This document shows, one piece after another, positions 1 through 12,470 of a stretch of 64,000 nucleotides of DNA. Under the pieces are notes generated by a model that worked only from the letters and a program-made list of their open reading frames with translations, was not told the DNA's origin and made no database searches. The stretch spans positions 5,601,149 to 5,665,148 of the forward strand of contig MU058213.1 of the NCBI GenBank assembly GCA_013265495.1, in the 5' to 3' direction. Both the position numbers and the translations under genes were made by a program. The stretch is from Vicugna vicugna. Taxonomy: Eukaryota. Numbering within the stretch: position 1 is the stretch's first letter; each line of letters starts with the position of its first letter.

Positions 1-1049
1 CCCCTTCAACTGAAGTCCACAGGTGTTGGATGACGAAGCCAGCTGGTTGTCTGTAGCGTTTCTTCCAGGGAAGAAAGGGGCTCTGCCATCTCCTACCCCT
101 TTTAACAAAACCTGCCTTGATTTTCTCTGCCAAGGTATATCTTAGGACGGGGTAGGTGCTTCTGAGGCTCTGTGAGTCCCGCTACAGCTGAAGAAAGAAG
201 TGAAAGAAGGAAGCAGGGGTGAGACACCCACCACAGTCTAGGGACTGGGCCCCACGTTTCCAGAAAGCTCATCCCCAACGGACCAGCTCCTGCAGAGAGA
301 ACTGGAAATGGCTGAGAGAGAGGAGATGCAGGCGGGGCTCCCAGACATTTTACAAGCCAAAGTGCTTTTGAAATCGATTAATTTGGGGGAAAATATTCAC
401 TGTGTCATCATAAAGGGCTCAAAACTCCACACTGAGGAAAATAAAAGATTCCAAAATCATTGATAACGCATCTCCTTTAAGCTTGTAGAAGACATGTCCC
501 TACCCTGACTACCCCTGGTGGATGTTCCCACAGACTCTCCAAGAGGGATGATGAAAAGTTGGGAAATGCCTATGTTTTCTGCTTGCTTTAATTTATGGAA
601 TTGCCCAGCTAAGCAGTGACAGAATTTCATTTTTAGCATAAAATACATGATCTCCAGGAGGGCCAGGGCTCAAGCAACAGATTTTCACCACATCACTTCC
701 CCTTGACCTATGAGGACTGGCCTGATCTTTGGGGAAAATTTGAACCACATGCCAGTCTGCAGGGATCCACGAGCCCCTCCATGATCTGATTCACCTACTT
801 TTTCAGTCTCCTCTCACTTTCCCCACTCCAGTCAGAGGGAGCTGTACCCTATACTCACCTCATACCCATCTGCCCAGGCTCTGGCTTTTAGCTCCTGTCC
901 CCCAAAGGCCGGCCTCCTCCCCACAGCTCAGCATACGCAAGCCTGGCCCATCCTAAAGTCACCTCTGATAACCACCCCCACCACCTGCCTTGTTGCCGAG
1001 CTAGAAGTAATGACTGAACTCTGAGAATTAATTATAATAATAATAATAA

Positions 1050-1250
1050 CAACTTGCATTTCTTGAGCTGAGTCCAGGCATTTTACCCTCTAACAACCCC
1101 ATCATGAAGTGTGATTTATCCCTGCCTCACAGATGAGAAAACTAGGACTTAGGGAGGTTAATGCAAGTTGCCCAAGGTCATATGGTTGGTAAGTGAAGGA
1201 GCCAAGAGTTGAACTTAGAGTCTGGTTCTAAGTTTATCACATGCCACCTC
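1050..1250 (-). mobile_element. MIR SINE
   Basis: CAGATGAGAAAACTAGGACTTAGGGAGGTTAA...TTGCCCAAGGTCATATGG (antisense MIR core). Confidence 0.75.
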
Positions 1251-2454
1251 TCCCAAGGGCAATGCTTTCATGCCGTAGACTACTCCTCACCTCGTACTAC
1301 TAGAATTAGTGGGCAGTGGTTTTGTAGCCTTTACAGGAATATACTTCAGTAGGCAAACACTATGCATGATTCTTTATACCTTCAACAGCACTGAGTTTTC
1401 AAGAATGAACGAATGAATGAATGAGAAAGAGAGAGAAAGAAAACATGCATCAGACTAGAGAGTTAAGGCAACTTTTATAAACATTAAAAGGATGCCATGT
1501 CAATAAAGATCCATTAAGCACCGACCATGTGGCCCACATTCTGATGGGCTCTGGGCCCCTGAGTTGAAGCCAGAGTTCACTGGACTCTCAGGTGTTCAGT
1601 GAATTCCCACCTTCCAATCTATAAGATCCCGTTGTCTATTGAGCACTGATTCCCAGTCTCCTAGCAGCTTCTCTGCTCATTATTGCTTGGCAAACAATGT
1701 GATTTATGCATGAGGCACACACATTAAGATGCAATGTAGTTATTCCAACTGTCATAACTACTAAATTGGATTGAATGGCAATGCACTAATAGTTCAAGCT
1801 CTGCAGAAAAAAAAAAAGTCAGCCTGAAAATAATCAATTCAATGGTACTTTACAACATTGCCAGAAACAACTGTACAAACAGTAGGAAAGGTGAAGTCAT
1901 GATTGTCATTTATTAACACTAATGTGTGGAGTTTGGGAGGTCTGAACCGAGATGGAGGCCACTGAAATGTGAAGCTAATTTGTCCAAACAGAATTTCTAA
2001 TAAATACCTTTGATTGTTCCTTTGTCTCTATCCTTTACTAAGGATAGGCAATTAGCAGTGTTTGCAATATTGCAAGCAAATGAAATTGGGTCTCTGCCCA
2101 GCCCGCCTACGAAGGACTTCTACAACAATAAAAATAATCAATTGGATTCTTCATTTTCTGCTGGGTCCATGTGATTTCCTTAATAATGTCAATGCAGATT
2201 GTAATTTGCAGGAAAAAAATTAACACCATTTGCATGAGGCATGAAATTTTAGACCACAGAAATGTCATCTTTTCTTACAGATTGTTTTGTTATATAAGGG
2301 TATGTGGCTTGGATAACTAGAATAGACCTCAGGTCTGATGCCTAATTTGTTTTTCATAAACTGACCTGTATTTTATCTCCCAAACGGGTTTTGTGCATTT
2401 TTCCTGCTATACCTTCACTCTGCAGCGATTAGCAAGAGAATGCACCCCAATTAG

Positions 2455-2590
2455 AATCAGAAAACCAACATTAAACCCCCAGTTTTGCCACTTACCAGCT
2501 GGGTGACCTTGGGCAAGTCATTTAACCTCCCTGGGCCTCAGTTTGCTTCTCTGTAAAATGGGGCATACATGTATGAAAGTGCCTAGATTC
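2455..2590 (+). mobile_element. MIR SINE
   Basis: GCCACTTACCAGCTGGGTGACCTTGGGCAAGTCATTTAACCTCCCTGGGCCTCAGTTTGCTTCTCTGTAAAATGGG. Confidence 0.88.
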
Positions 2591-3279
2591 TAAGTTCCCC
2601 CGTCTCCTAGGACAGGCCTGGACCACAGAAGGCATGCAGGACTTGTTGCTTAAACAAATGAGTGAACGTCCTGCATTCATCTGGCATGCTGTCAGCACAA
2701 ATTAATTGTTGCTTAATAATTAAGAATCTGTTTCCCACCTCTAACACCCACCTTCTTCCTCTTGGCCCAGCAAGGTCCTTCATTCTTCAAGGTTAGCATC
2801 AAATTCTGCTTGCTCAGAGAAGCCTTCCCAAGCACACAGCAGCCAAAAGTGGTCTGACTCCCCCTGAACTACAAAGACTCGTACTGTCCATGAGCCTCAC
2901 TTAGAACCTGGGCTCTCGGCTGTGTACTGTCGCCTCTCCTCTCGTAGGGATTTCTTCACGGCCCAAGTACCTCACAAGCTTCTTGAGGGGCCAGGTCCAG
3001 TGTCTTTGATTCCTGGTCATCTTTCTAGCTCCCAGTAAAGTACGTGGTGCACAGTGGATGTTCCGTAAACATCCACAGACTGACTGGAGGGGGAATGCCC
3101 AGTCCCCGTGCAGAGGGGCAGATGCCCGTGGAATTCCTTGGTTCCACCCCTGCCCCGGAGAGGCCACAGCTCCAGTCCTTACAGCCCTTGCCCTGTGTCT
3201 CTAAAGACTTCTCGTCCATAGAAAGTTTGCACCTCTTTGGAAAACTCTCCCTATTTCTGAAGAACCAACATCCTCCTGC

Positions 3280-3870
3280 CTTGTGGTGGAAGCGTAATTG
3301 TACAAAACCTCTTCAGGAAACGACATGGCAATAGCTCTCAAATTTTAAACTGCACGTACTATTTTTAAAAATCAAAGACACACCAATATCCTTTGATCCC
3401 ACAATTGCATCCCTAAATGTTTATCTTACAGACTAACTGCACATGTGTGGAAGGACATACTAAGAATATTCACTGCCGGGTTATTTACAGTAGCAAAAGA
3501 CTGGAAACACTTTAAATGTCCATTAACAAGGCAATGCATAAACAAACCTTGGTACATTCACAGAAGAGAAATGCGAGGCAGGCTTTCAAATGGATGAAGT
3601 AGACCTGTATGTACTGATGTGGCGTATCCTCCAAGATGTATGAGGTGAAAAAACAAGATGCCATCCAGTATGGATGGCCTAATCTAACTTTGCAAAAAGA
3701 GGGCGTGTGTACCTGTGTGCCTGCATGTGCATAAAATGTCTAGAATAGCAGCGGCTGACTCGGGACAGGGGCAGGAAGGCCTGGGGTCGGAAGAAGGAGA
3801 CCTGTCGCTGTGCTCCGTATGCTGTTTGTGCGGATTAAGTTCTTCCGCAAGTGCATGCATTATTGTTCTC
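3280..3870 (+). mobile_element. Ancient LINE-1 3' region (L1ME-like)
   Basis: CCTTTGATCCCACAATTGCATCCC...AGCAAAAGACTGGAAACACTTTAAATGTCCATTAACAAGG...GGTACATTCACAG, typical of old L1 3' ends. Confidence 0.75.
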
Positions 3871-5056
3871 TTCTTTCCTTTTTTAAATTTAAATTGTATT
3901 AACTTTAATAAGGTAATACGTTCACATGTACATAATTATAAAAGGTACAAAACAGTGTGTGATTGAAAACTTGTGTCTCCCATCCTAGCCCCCGGCCTCC
4001 TGGTTTCTACCCCAGAGGCAGCTAAGAGGAGCCCTTCCTCCTGTCCCCTCAGAGCTTGTCCATGCACTGCCAGTGTTCTCTTTAAAAATCATCATAAAAT
4101 GAACTGGGGGAAAGCTTCCAATGACCTCGTCTTCCCTCTCCAGCTAGTTCTCTATCCCTCTCTTCTGCGGACAGCCGGGCCACCTTTGGACAGGCTGTCT
4201 ACTTGTGTGGAGTCTGCTTAGATGGGAAGAGCATCCTCTGGTTTCGGAGTTAGGCAGACCCGCGTCTTCAATAAGTTACCTAACCTCTCTGGGCCTTACT
4301 GCTTCATCTGTAAAATGGACACGTAACCCCCACCTCTTAGGTTGTAAGGGTAAGAACAACTCATGAAAAGCAGGCAGGTCACCTAGCAGGTACGTGGAGC
4401 TTTTGTGGTCACTAGACCTCTGGGTCAACGCACACTGAGCTGTGTTCCTGGGGGCAGCAGAAGACCACAGACCCCGGGGGCCCCTCCCACCCCCTGGTAA
4501 GTCCATCCTGTGTTTCGGAGGCAACATTCTAAGGTACACATCCACAGCCAGTTGAAGACTTGGTGGTGTGCCGTTACGCTAATGATCAGCACCAGTTTCT
4601 CACCTTGGGTTTGGGGACTTTTGAAAGGGTTCAGGGTTAGAAGTCAGGAAATCTACTCTTGAGGCTCTACCACTAACCAGACCTCTTTGAACAATGAGCT
4701 TCTCACCCTGAGCCCAGCACAGATTGGGGGTGATTTCTCAGACCCCAGCCAGCCTTATAGCCTCGGGTAGGGGTGTGTTAGGGGAGCCCTTGGGAGTGTG
4801 GCAGAGGTGGGAATCTGGGTGATGAGTGTGATTTCCACCTTTAAGCATGATATCCCCACTGACAAAACGATGTGGGTACAGAACCAGCATTTACTAAATT
4901 CTTCAAAGCTAATCAACTACATTCTTCAGAAAGGGAGTTTTGAAGTGAACTTTAATCCATGTTTATCATTACTGAAATGAAGTGTAAGTTGTACGAACTA
5001 ATTAAAGTAGCTAATACTCGTGCCAAATGACAAGTTATAAAGAGTAAGAAGAGATC

Positions 5057-5181
5057 TTTCATTTGTTTGCTTTTTGTTGGGGGGAGGTAATTCATTTATT
5101 TTTAGGGGAGGTACTGGGGATTGAACCCAGGACTTGGTGCACGCTAAGCACATGCTTTACCACTTGAGCTATACCCTCCCC
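5057..5181 (-). mobile_element. tRNA-derived SINE, camelid Vic-1 type
   Basis: Reverse complement reads GGGGAGGGTATAGCTCAAGTGGTAAAGCATGTGCTTAGCGTGCACCAAGTCCTGGGTTCAATCCCCAGTACCTCC (Pol III A and B boxes) plus A-rich tail; degenerate TSD taagaagagatc / taagaagggacc. Confidence 0.88.
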
Positions 5182-5378
5182 ACTAAGAAGGGACCATTTG
5201 TAACAGAAGTTTTACAGACCAGTAAAATAGCAGCTGGGGAGAGCTATTCTAAAACTCCCTCCAACTCTAGGGGGCTCTGATCTGATATTTGGCAAATAAG
5301 CAATTGGCACACTGGTACTGTGATTTAGAGTGACTCCTGTGATCCTGAAGATAGATGGGGATTTTGCACCTGGAAAAT

Positions 5379-5432
5379 CCACACACACAGGAAAACACAC
5401 ACACGCACACGCGCGCGCACACACACACACAC
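5379..5432. repeat. (CA)n/(CG)n microsatellite
   Basis: ACACACACACGCACACGCGCGCGCACACACACACAC read directly. Confidence 0.95.
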
Positions 5433-6224
5433 CCCAATAGAGACATGGTGAGGGCGGGAGGGGACCCTCCAGTCTGGGAAGATGGCAGAACCCAGGCCTG
5501 TCAGCCGTGTCATTCTCACTGCTGTATCACCATTCAGCACACAGACTTCATTCCCCAAAATAAATCACAGATATAAAGTAGAAAGATGGTTCTCCATCTA
5601 TTCTTTAAGTAAATTTGGGGAGTGAAAGAGCACAGCTGTCTCCAATAATGCCATGCTCACTGGGTAAAAATATCTCTTAGCAAGTTGTCCTAAATCATTT
5701 TTTCTTAATGAGTCCTCTTTTTTTCCTACTCAGTCTTGGTAATTTAATAGCTCAGTGAAAAATACTATTGAAGCAAAAAAACTGAGTATTTTCTAATTTA
5801 TTCTCTAGGACATTTAACTGTTCATCAAATATCTTGATTTCCTCCACGCTTGTAAAGGGCATTTTAAAGTGACATTTTTAGACAGTCCAGATCACTCCTT
5901 GAGTTTTATTCTTTTTTTTAAATTTATGTCCAACGTAGGCTCTGATCTTGAGGACTGAGCTGTGTGAGAAAATTTCTATGAAAATTTTGGGTGAATCTAG
6001 CAGTGGTGTTGAGTCTACCCGAGAGGGCAGACCACTGAAACCGAGGAAGACCCACCCCGGACCCTGTCTTTTGGCCTGTCATTCAAATGGGCATGGGCAG
6101 AGGTAATGAGGTTCTGTCCTTGGCATTTCAACTCTTTCTTCATCACATGTTGTTCCTTTCCAAATCCATTTGTTGATAATCCACTGTGCACTGGGCACCA
6201 GAGGTGTGAGCAAAATGCGTGAGA

Positions 6225-6500
6225 GCAAGTCATTTATGTAACAAATGCTTACATAGCTTCCTATTATGGGCCAGGCACAGTGCCAGTAAGGGCTTTTCAA
6301 GTATTAACTCATTCAATCTTCACAATCCACTGAGACGGATACTATTATTTTCCCTTTGTACTGATGGGGAAACTGAGATACAAGGTGGGCAAAAAACCTG
6401 CCCAAGGTCACAGAGCCAGTGAGGGTCAGCACCAGGTTCTGAGCCCAGGCACCCTGGCTCCCTGAGCTCACGCTCCTACCATTGGGTTACGCTGCCTCTC
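6225..6500 (-). mobile_element. MIR SINE, near full length
   Basis: GCCAGGCACAGTGC...ATTAACTCATTCAATCTTCACAA...GATGGGGAAACTGAG...TGCCCAAGGTCACAGAGCCAGT. Confidence 0.85.
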
Positions 6501-6559
6501 AAACACCTTCTCCTCCAAATTCAAAGATACTTAACTAAAATTAGATGCGAATGGAATAC

Positions 6560-7200
6560 GCAAGCTGAGAATGCTATAGAGCACATGAGGAAGTGACATA
6601 TGTGCTAAAACCTGAATGATGAACAGGAGGTAACTAGGCTCATGGGGAGGAAGTGGGTTGTAAGTCAAGTTTCTGGGTGGCGAAAGAGCAAGATGCATTC
6701 TAGGAACTGAGCAAAGCCGCCCACCGAGGCAGGAAGGTGTGGAGGAAGGAGTGTAGCTCAAAGGGCAGCTGGAAAGCAGGCAGGACTACATCATTCAGCA
6801 CTCTCACTGCAGGCCAAGGGTTGTCTGTGGCGAGTTCTCCAAGAAGCTAGGAGTACATGGAAAGGAGTTGGTGGGGAAATGCCAGCATCAGTTTTGCATG
6901 ACCCAGGGATCACTCTGTTTGCTGGTATGCAGAACGGACTGGGAGAAGATGAGAGTGGAAGCAGGGACCCTGTGGGAGGTCAGTGGCCAAAAGAGAGCTA
7001 ATGGTCCACCGGTTGGGGGTGAGGGTGGATGAAAGCAGGTTCAAGGGAGACTTAGGAGGCAGTGTCAATAGCAAAGGGTGACCATTTTATTATGAGAGGT
7101 GAAGAAAGGCAGGTGTCCACGATGGCTCTGAAGACTAGGTATTCACGGGATCAGGGAGCACTGGGGGGTGGGCAGGCTTAGGGTAGAGGTGGGGGAGAAG
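6560..7200 (-). mobile_element. L2 LINE fragment (degenerate)
   Basis: Purine-rich antisense L2-like text (AAACCTGAATGATGAACAGGAG...GATCACTCTG...GAGAGTGGAAGCAGGGA...); weak recognition. Confidence 0.5.
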
Positions 7201-8929
7201 GTCCCGCACAGCAGCCACGTGCACCATTCACCGCTCTCCTAGGTCACAGGCTGCTTCAGGGCTCCATGCCTTCAAACGTGATGACCCAAGTTTTCTGGGT
7301 GTCCTTCCCCTCCTCCTTCACCTGCAGAACTGCTTCACAGAGATTCAGCTTGAATGTCATTTCCTCCTCACACGTACGCGTGCTGAGCCCTGTACCAGGC
7401 ACTTGTGCAGACACTGTCCTATTTGACCCTCACGCCCCGCTACTAGGAAGCTATTGCCATCCCCGTTTTACAGATGACTGAGGATCAGAGAAGGCCCAGA
7501 GCTGGCCAGGTGGTAGGTGGGAGAGCCCACAGACACCCAGTGCTGCCTTCCTGTGACACTGAGGGGAAAGTGAGCTTAGCCTGGGACCTCTTCTCAAAGG
7601 CATTGTGGCTACTCAGCATGCAGATTAGAGATGTGAATTTAAGCAACAATGAGAAGTTCTGAAGCCCACGCTGTGGGGTGCAGGGCGGGACGGGGACCAC
7701 TGGACCCAAAGCAGGTATGCACCATACAACATGCTTCTCTTCATCCTCCAAACTTTAGCAAAGGGCCTCCCAAGTATCAGACACCCAGGATTTCCCTGTT
7801 CTTCCTAGAAATAGGCTCCAGTGAACAGACAACCCACAGGGTAACTGAGGACAGATGTGGTGCCTCCTCCCCTACCTTCTTGACATAGACCCCCTCCTCT
7901 ATCCATGTCACTCTCTATTGCCACAATCCCTTTGCTTGTCTCCATCCCTCTGCCTGGCTCCTCCTCTCTTTCTCCTTTATGTGCCTGGAGGAGTCTTACT
8001 CTTTGGCTCAGGCTCACCTGGAGCATCCCTTCAGCATCTCCTCAGGCTGGCTGTAGGATGACCAGCTGTCCTGATTCACCAGGAAGAAGGGATCATCTCC
8101 TGGACTGTTGGAATTTGGTGCTAAATCAGGGCAGCCCCACAATTAGGTTAGGTGTTTGGACTGTGTCAGCTTACTGCAAGCCCAGCAAATGTTCAACCTG
8201 TTTTGCAGCCATTGGTTCTCTCCTGTCTATTCCTCTGAAGGAGATGTGGCTCCTCAAGATAAGGTCCTGTGCCTTGTTCATCCCCGAAGTCTGGGCATGG
8301 TGTGCAGTCAGTGTTTGTGGAATGAGTGTATGGCGTGAGCACAGGCTCAGGGTGAGTGTGGTGGGCGATGGGGGAGCAAAGCAGTCAGAGGACACCCATT
8401 AAAGAAGCTCACGAGCAAAATTCACGGCTTGAGAAAGACAGAACACTAGCCCATGAGAGCCTAAAACTTTTTTTTGTTTTTTGTTTGCTTCATTTGTCAG
8501 CTGGGAACTTGGGGGATAACTTAGGGGAAATCTCTTCCTAGATGCGTTTAACTTGAAAGAACTCAATTACAGGTGCTTGGAAAACCACCAAACAGTGAGC
8601 AAGCTCAAGAGAGAGGGGAAAAAAGAATAATAATGAGCAAGGGGATGGTTCCACTCACCAGGCAGCTCGGTGAGCACGTGCCCACTGCGGGTGTGAAGCA
8701 GGAGGGGCACACTGTCCCCCTGCTCGTCCTTTGTCGTGCGAGCCTCTTGCTGCACCGGCTATGATTCGAGCATGCAAAGACACACAGCCTGGTCCCTAAA
8801 CGGAAGGAAATGCCTTCATCTGATGACAGACTGGGGGAAATATTGGCTGAACACTTATGTTATGAGTGATTGAGAGATTTTCAGAGATGGTTCTGACTAT
8901 ACACACAGGCTGACATTAGAACCCTCAGG

Positions 8930-9158
8930 AGTGAGCCTCTGGGACTTAGAGTCCTGCACCCCTGGGCTTGAGTCCCAGCTGCACTACTTAGTAACAAAGG
9001 GATCATCAGTAGGTAAACGACTTAACCTTGCAGAACTTCGGTTCACCTCTGTGTACATGGGGCCAAGGGTAATACCTGCCCCTCACAGGCCTGCGTGCAC
9101 AACACGTAGCAGAGCGCCTGGGACACAGCCACTGCTCAGTAAGCAGCGGCTATTATTT
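8930..9158 (+). mobile_element. MIR SINE
   Basis: CTGGGCTTGAGTCCCAGCTGCACTACTTAG...ACTTAACCTT...GCCTGGGACACAG...GCTCAGTAAG. Confidence 0.7.
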
Positions 9159-11892
9159 TCAGGAGTGGGAAGAGCACTGCTTTTACTGGGTACCTAAAAC
9201 TTTTAAAAATGAAAAAACTGGCCAGTCAGTCTGGGCATTCCATAGTGTTGTCAAAGCAAGACAATCCTTTAATAAAGAGCTTTCAGGAAATTTGTCATTT
9301 AGAACTACACTTTTGTTTCTCCCCTGTCAGTCATATTATTTCCCACACGGTGGTTCTTGCTCCAGAACACTATGGCCCAAACAGGCTAATCGTAGCATTT
9401 CCAGAACACATAAGACCATTCAGAAGCCGCTCTCTCAAATCTGAGACTGAAGTAAACGGGCAATTAGCAGGTTTGACAGGATTTTCTCCCCCCACCTTAC
9501 CCCCAGAACCTCTAACACATTAAGCTGATCACAACAGTTATTTTAAGGAGATTCAGCGGGAGTGTTCAGTGGGGTTTGAGGCAATCTTGTGTCCACCATG
9601 GATTCATCATGAAATCCTGTTGCCTGGAGCCTTGTGAGGGCTTAGCAGGGAGGCTGAAGGTCAGGAAAGCCATGCTCCGTCGCCAGAGAGCTGTGTGGCC
9701 TGGGGCAGGTCGCCCGCATCCCTGGGCCTGTTTCCTCATCAGTAAAGTGAGGAAGCAGTCTTAGTTCCTGAGGCTCCCTCCCACCCAGGAATCAGACGGT
9801 TCTCAGAGACCTCTGCCTACACTCCAGTTGGCCACTGAATTACATATAGCCACCAAATTCCTCCGTGTTTTTGTTTTTGTTTTTAATCTCTGCCATGCAT
9901 CCAACAGCTATTTATTAAGTTCCTCTTAGGTGCTAGGCACTGTGCTAGGTGTTTGGAAGAGTGACTCCCATATCCATCCTATCTCTACAACCCTAAGGAA
10001 TGCCTTGCTTCCAGACTTAGGCTCCTTGGAAGGAAAACACTTCATCCCAATTTCCGTGTCCTTTCCATCTTGGAGTCATCAGGGGCTGCCTCTCTAACCC
10101 TACCCCGCCCTCTGAAATATGTCAGAGGTGTGAAGCCCAGGCTTGGGGCCTTCAGTACAAAGGGCCCAGGTCTTAGGGGAGGGAGAAGTTCCAGGACAGG
10201 AGAAATTCTGGAATTGTTTTGCCTCTCATCATCCAGGCTTACAGCAAAGTGAATCCACAATGAGCAAGCCTCTTCCCCTTAAGTCCTTTCGGCAATACCG
10301 AGGACGTCCTCTATGAAGGCCACACACAACCCAGCATCCTCTGACAACCTAAGGATGAATTCCCTATTACATCTTATTGCGGGGAAGGAAAACAGGATTT
10401 AGGAGTCCTAGTTTTACCACCTGAGAAAGGGATTAATCTTGACATCAAGTTTTGTCGTCTGCAAAATGCACATGGTATTGACAAAGCAGAGTGTGCATTT
10501 GAAAGTCCACTATAAACCATGAAGACATTAACGGGGGCCCCTCTTGGCCTTCTTTCACTTCAAGACAGCACAGGGGTGAGCCCACAAATAAGCTGAAGAG
10601 ATAAACATCTCCACAGAGCTGGAACACCACCAGAAAGTTTCACCTGTCCCAAAATATCTTCCCCACGTCCTGAAATTCAACTATTTTGTGATTCATTCAA
10701 GCACCCTCTTAGACAGCTCTGCTAGCCGTGACCTACCTACTCAGACTATGAAGGAAAGTTACATGCATTGGGACCTTGCCACAGCCCAGGCCCTTTGCAA
10801 TACTTAATTCTTTTTTTAACCCCAAATCAATATGTGAGACAGGGCTTATTACATAGTACATTTCAGACACTGGGAAAGAGATCCTTAGAGAGTTTAGGCA
10901 ACCACTGAAGGCCCACGTGAGTGACGGGGTCAGGGCTTCAGCACGGGTGGGGTTGGGAAGGTGGCTGGCCCTGGGTAGCACGCAGGGCAGGTGCCAGGGG
11001 ACAGAGGCCAGCAGGAGACGTGGACCAGCACCAGCCACGCTCAGCCCACTTTACAACGCCCTCTGGCCCGGTGCCCCCAAGTGCCCAGGTCACCTCCACG
11101 AAGACAGCCAGCATTTCTGCCAGGGCGGAAATGAAGAATGTTGACGCTGTTCATTTTCTGAAGCAGCGTATCTCCTCTGGCTAATCGGGAAATATTATTT
11201 ACAGGGCTCTTGAATGCCCCTTTGTCACTAAGTGGGTGGATAGGCATCACGAATATTTGGCACTGCTGCTCCTCTGAGAGCCAGCACCATTCATTGGATA
11301 ATTACCCTGTTGTCTTCTCACCTCAGGAGAAAATGCAAGACGCCCTCTTTCCAAAACTGGTCCATCATACTAGCAACTCTTGTATTTTTAGAAGCTGTTT
11401 TTCCCTGATAGTTTCACAACCTCTAATCTGCCACTCTCCAGATGAATGTAAATGAAAACACAATGAAATATGGAGAAATGTTTCCTCCCACCATCCTCGC
11501 CAGCTCTCTGAACCCAGGGCCACGAGTGAGTGGAGCCCTGATTTTTGTCTCCAAAGCAACGGAGAGAGGAAGGGGGTGAGGACAGGCATCACCTGGTCGC
11601 TTCTGGCTCTGATGAATGGCTGCCAACCAGTTATTAGGGAGGGAGAAGCACTTGCAAAAACTTCGGGTCTCTGAGAGCCCGAGGCCGGAAAGTGTAGATG
11701 ATTATATTTACACCCAGGTGGGAGCCTGACCGCAGCTCACCTGCCAGGGAAAGAGTGATCCTGTTAAAGAAGCATGAAGGAATGGAGTTCACAGGGGATT
11801 GGATTTCTACACTGCAGCCTCAAAGTCATTCTCAGATTTATCCCCTAAACTCTGAGGTGAAGGAACAAAAGTGCCCTTTAAGAACAGGGAAA

Positions 11893-12053
11893 GGGGGGAG
11901 GGTGTAGCTCAAGTGGTAGAGCTCATGCTTAGCATGCACAGGTCCTGGGTTCAATCCCCAGTACCTCCTTTAAAAATAAATAAATAAACCTAATGACCTC
12001 CCCTCCCTGACCTGCCAAAATAAAATATATTTTTTTTAAAGATAGAAAAAAGA
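11893..12053 (+). mobile_element. tRNA-derived SINE, camelid Vic-1 type, full length
   Basis: GGGGAGGGTGTAGCTCAAGTGGTAGAGC...GGTTCAATCCCCAGTACCTCC...AATAAACCTAATGACCTCCCC plus A-rich tail; perfect TSD AAGAACAGGGAAA at 11880-11892 and 12054-12066. Confidence 0.92.
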
Positions 12054-12269
12054 AAGAACAGGGAAAGGGAGCCTCATCCCAAAGGAGAGCTGCACAATGC
12101 TTAGCTCCTGAGCTGTGGCCTCAGGAGGACAGGTGTCCTGTCTACAAAACCCTGCCCCGCTGATGTCCCAAGAAAACCCCAAAGCTGGAAGCTCAGAAGC
12201 TAGCATTACAAGAGCTGCCAATGCTGCCCAAACACAGGAGAAGTAACAGTGGCTTACAGAAGCAAGGCA

Positions 12270-12470
12270 ATGCCATAGAGCGGTGTGAGCCGGACAGCTG
12301 CAGGTTCTAATCCTGACTCTGCTTCTTCCTAGGTGCTTCATCCCGGGCAAGTCACTCAACTATACCGAGCCTCTGTTTCTGAGACTGTAAAATGGGAATA
12401 ATTATGCTATTGCTTTGGTTGTGAGGGTTTGAGGCTTAAGAGATAAGATGAATGCAAAGTGCCTGGCAGA
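12270..12470 (+). mobile_element. MIR SINE
   Basis: GGTTCTAATCCTGACTCTG...GGGCAAGTCACTCAAC...GAGCCTCTGTTTC...CTGTAAAATGGGAATAAT...AAAGTGCCTGGCA. Confidence 0.75.

Noticed and set aside
11893..11970. tRNA gene (also 5100-5181, 43270-43345, 55035-55110, 57585-57659)
   Set aside because: These are tRNA-derived SINE heads with diverged stems, A-rich tails and TSDs, not functional tRNA genes.
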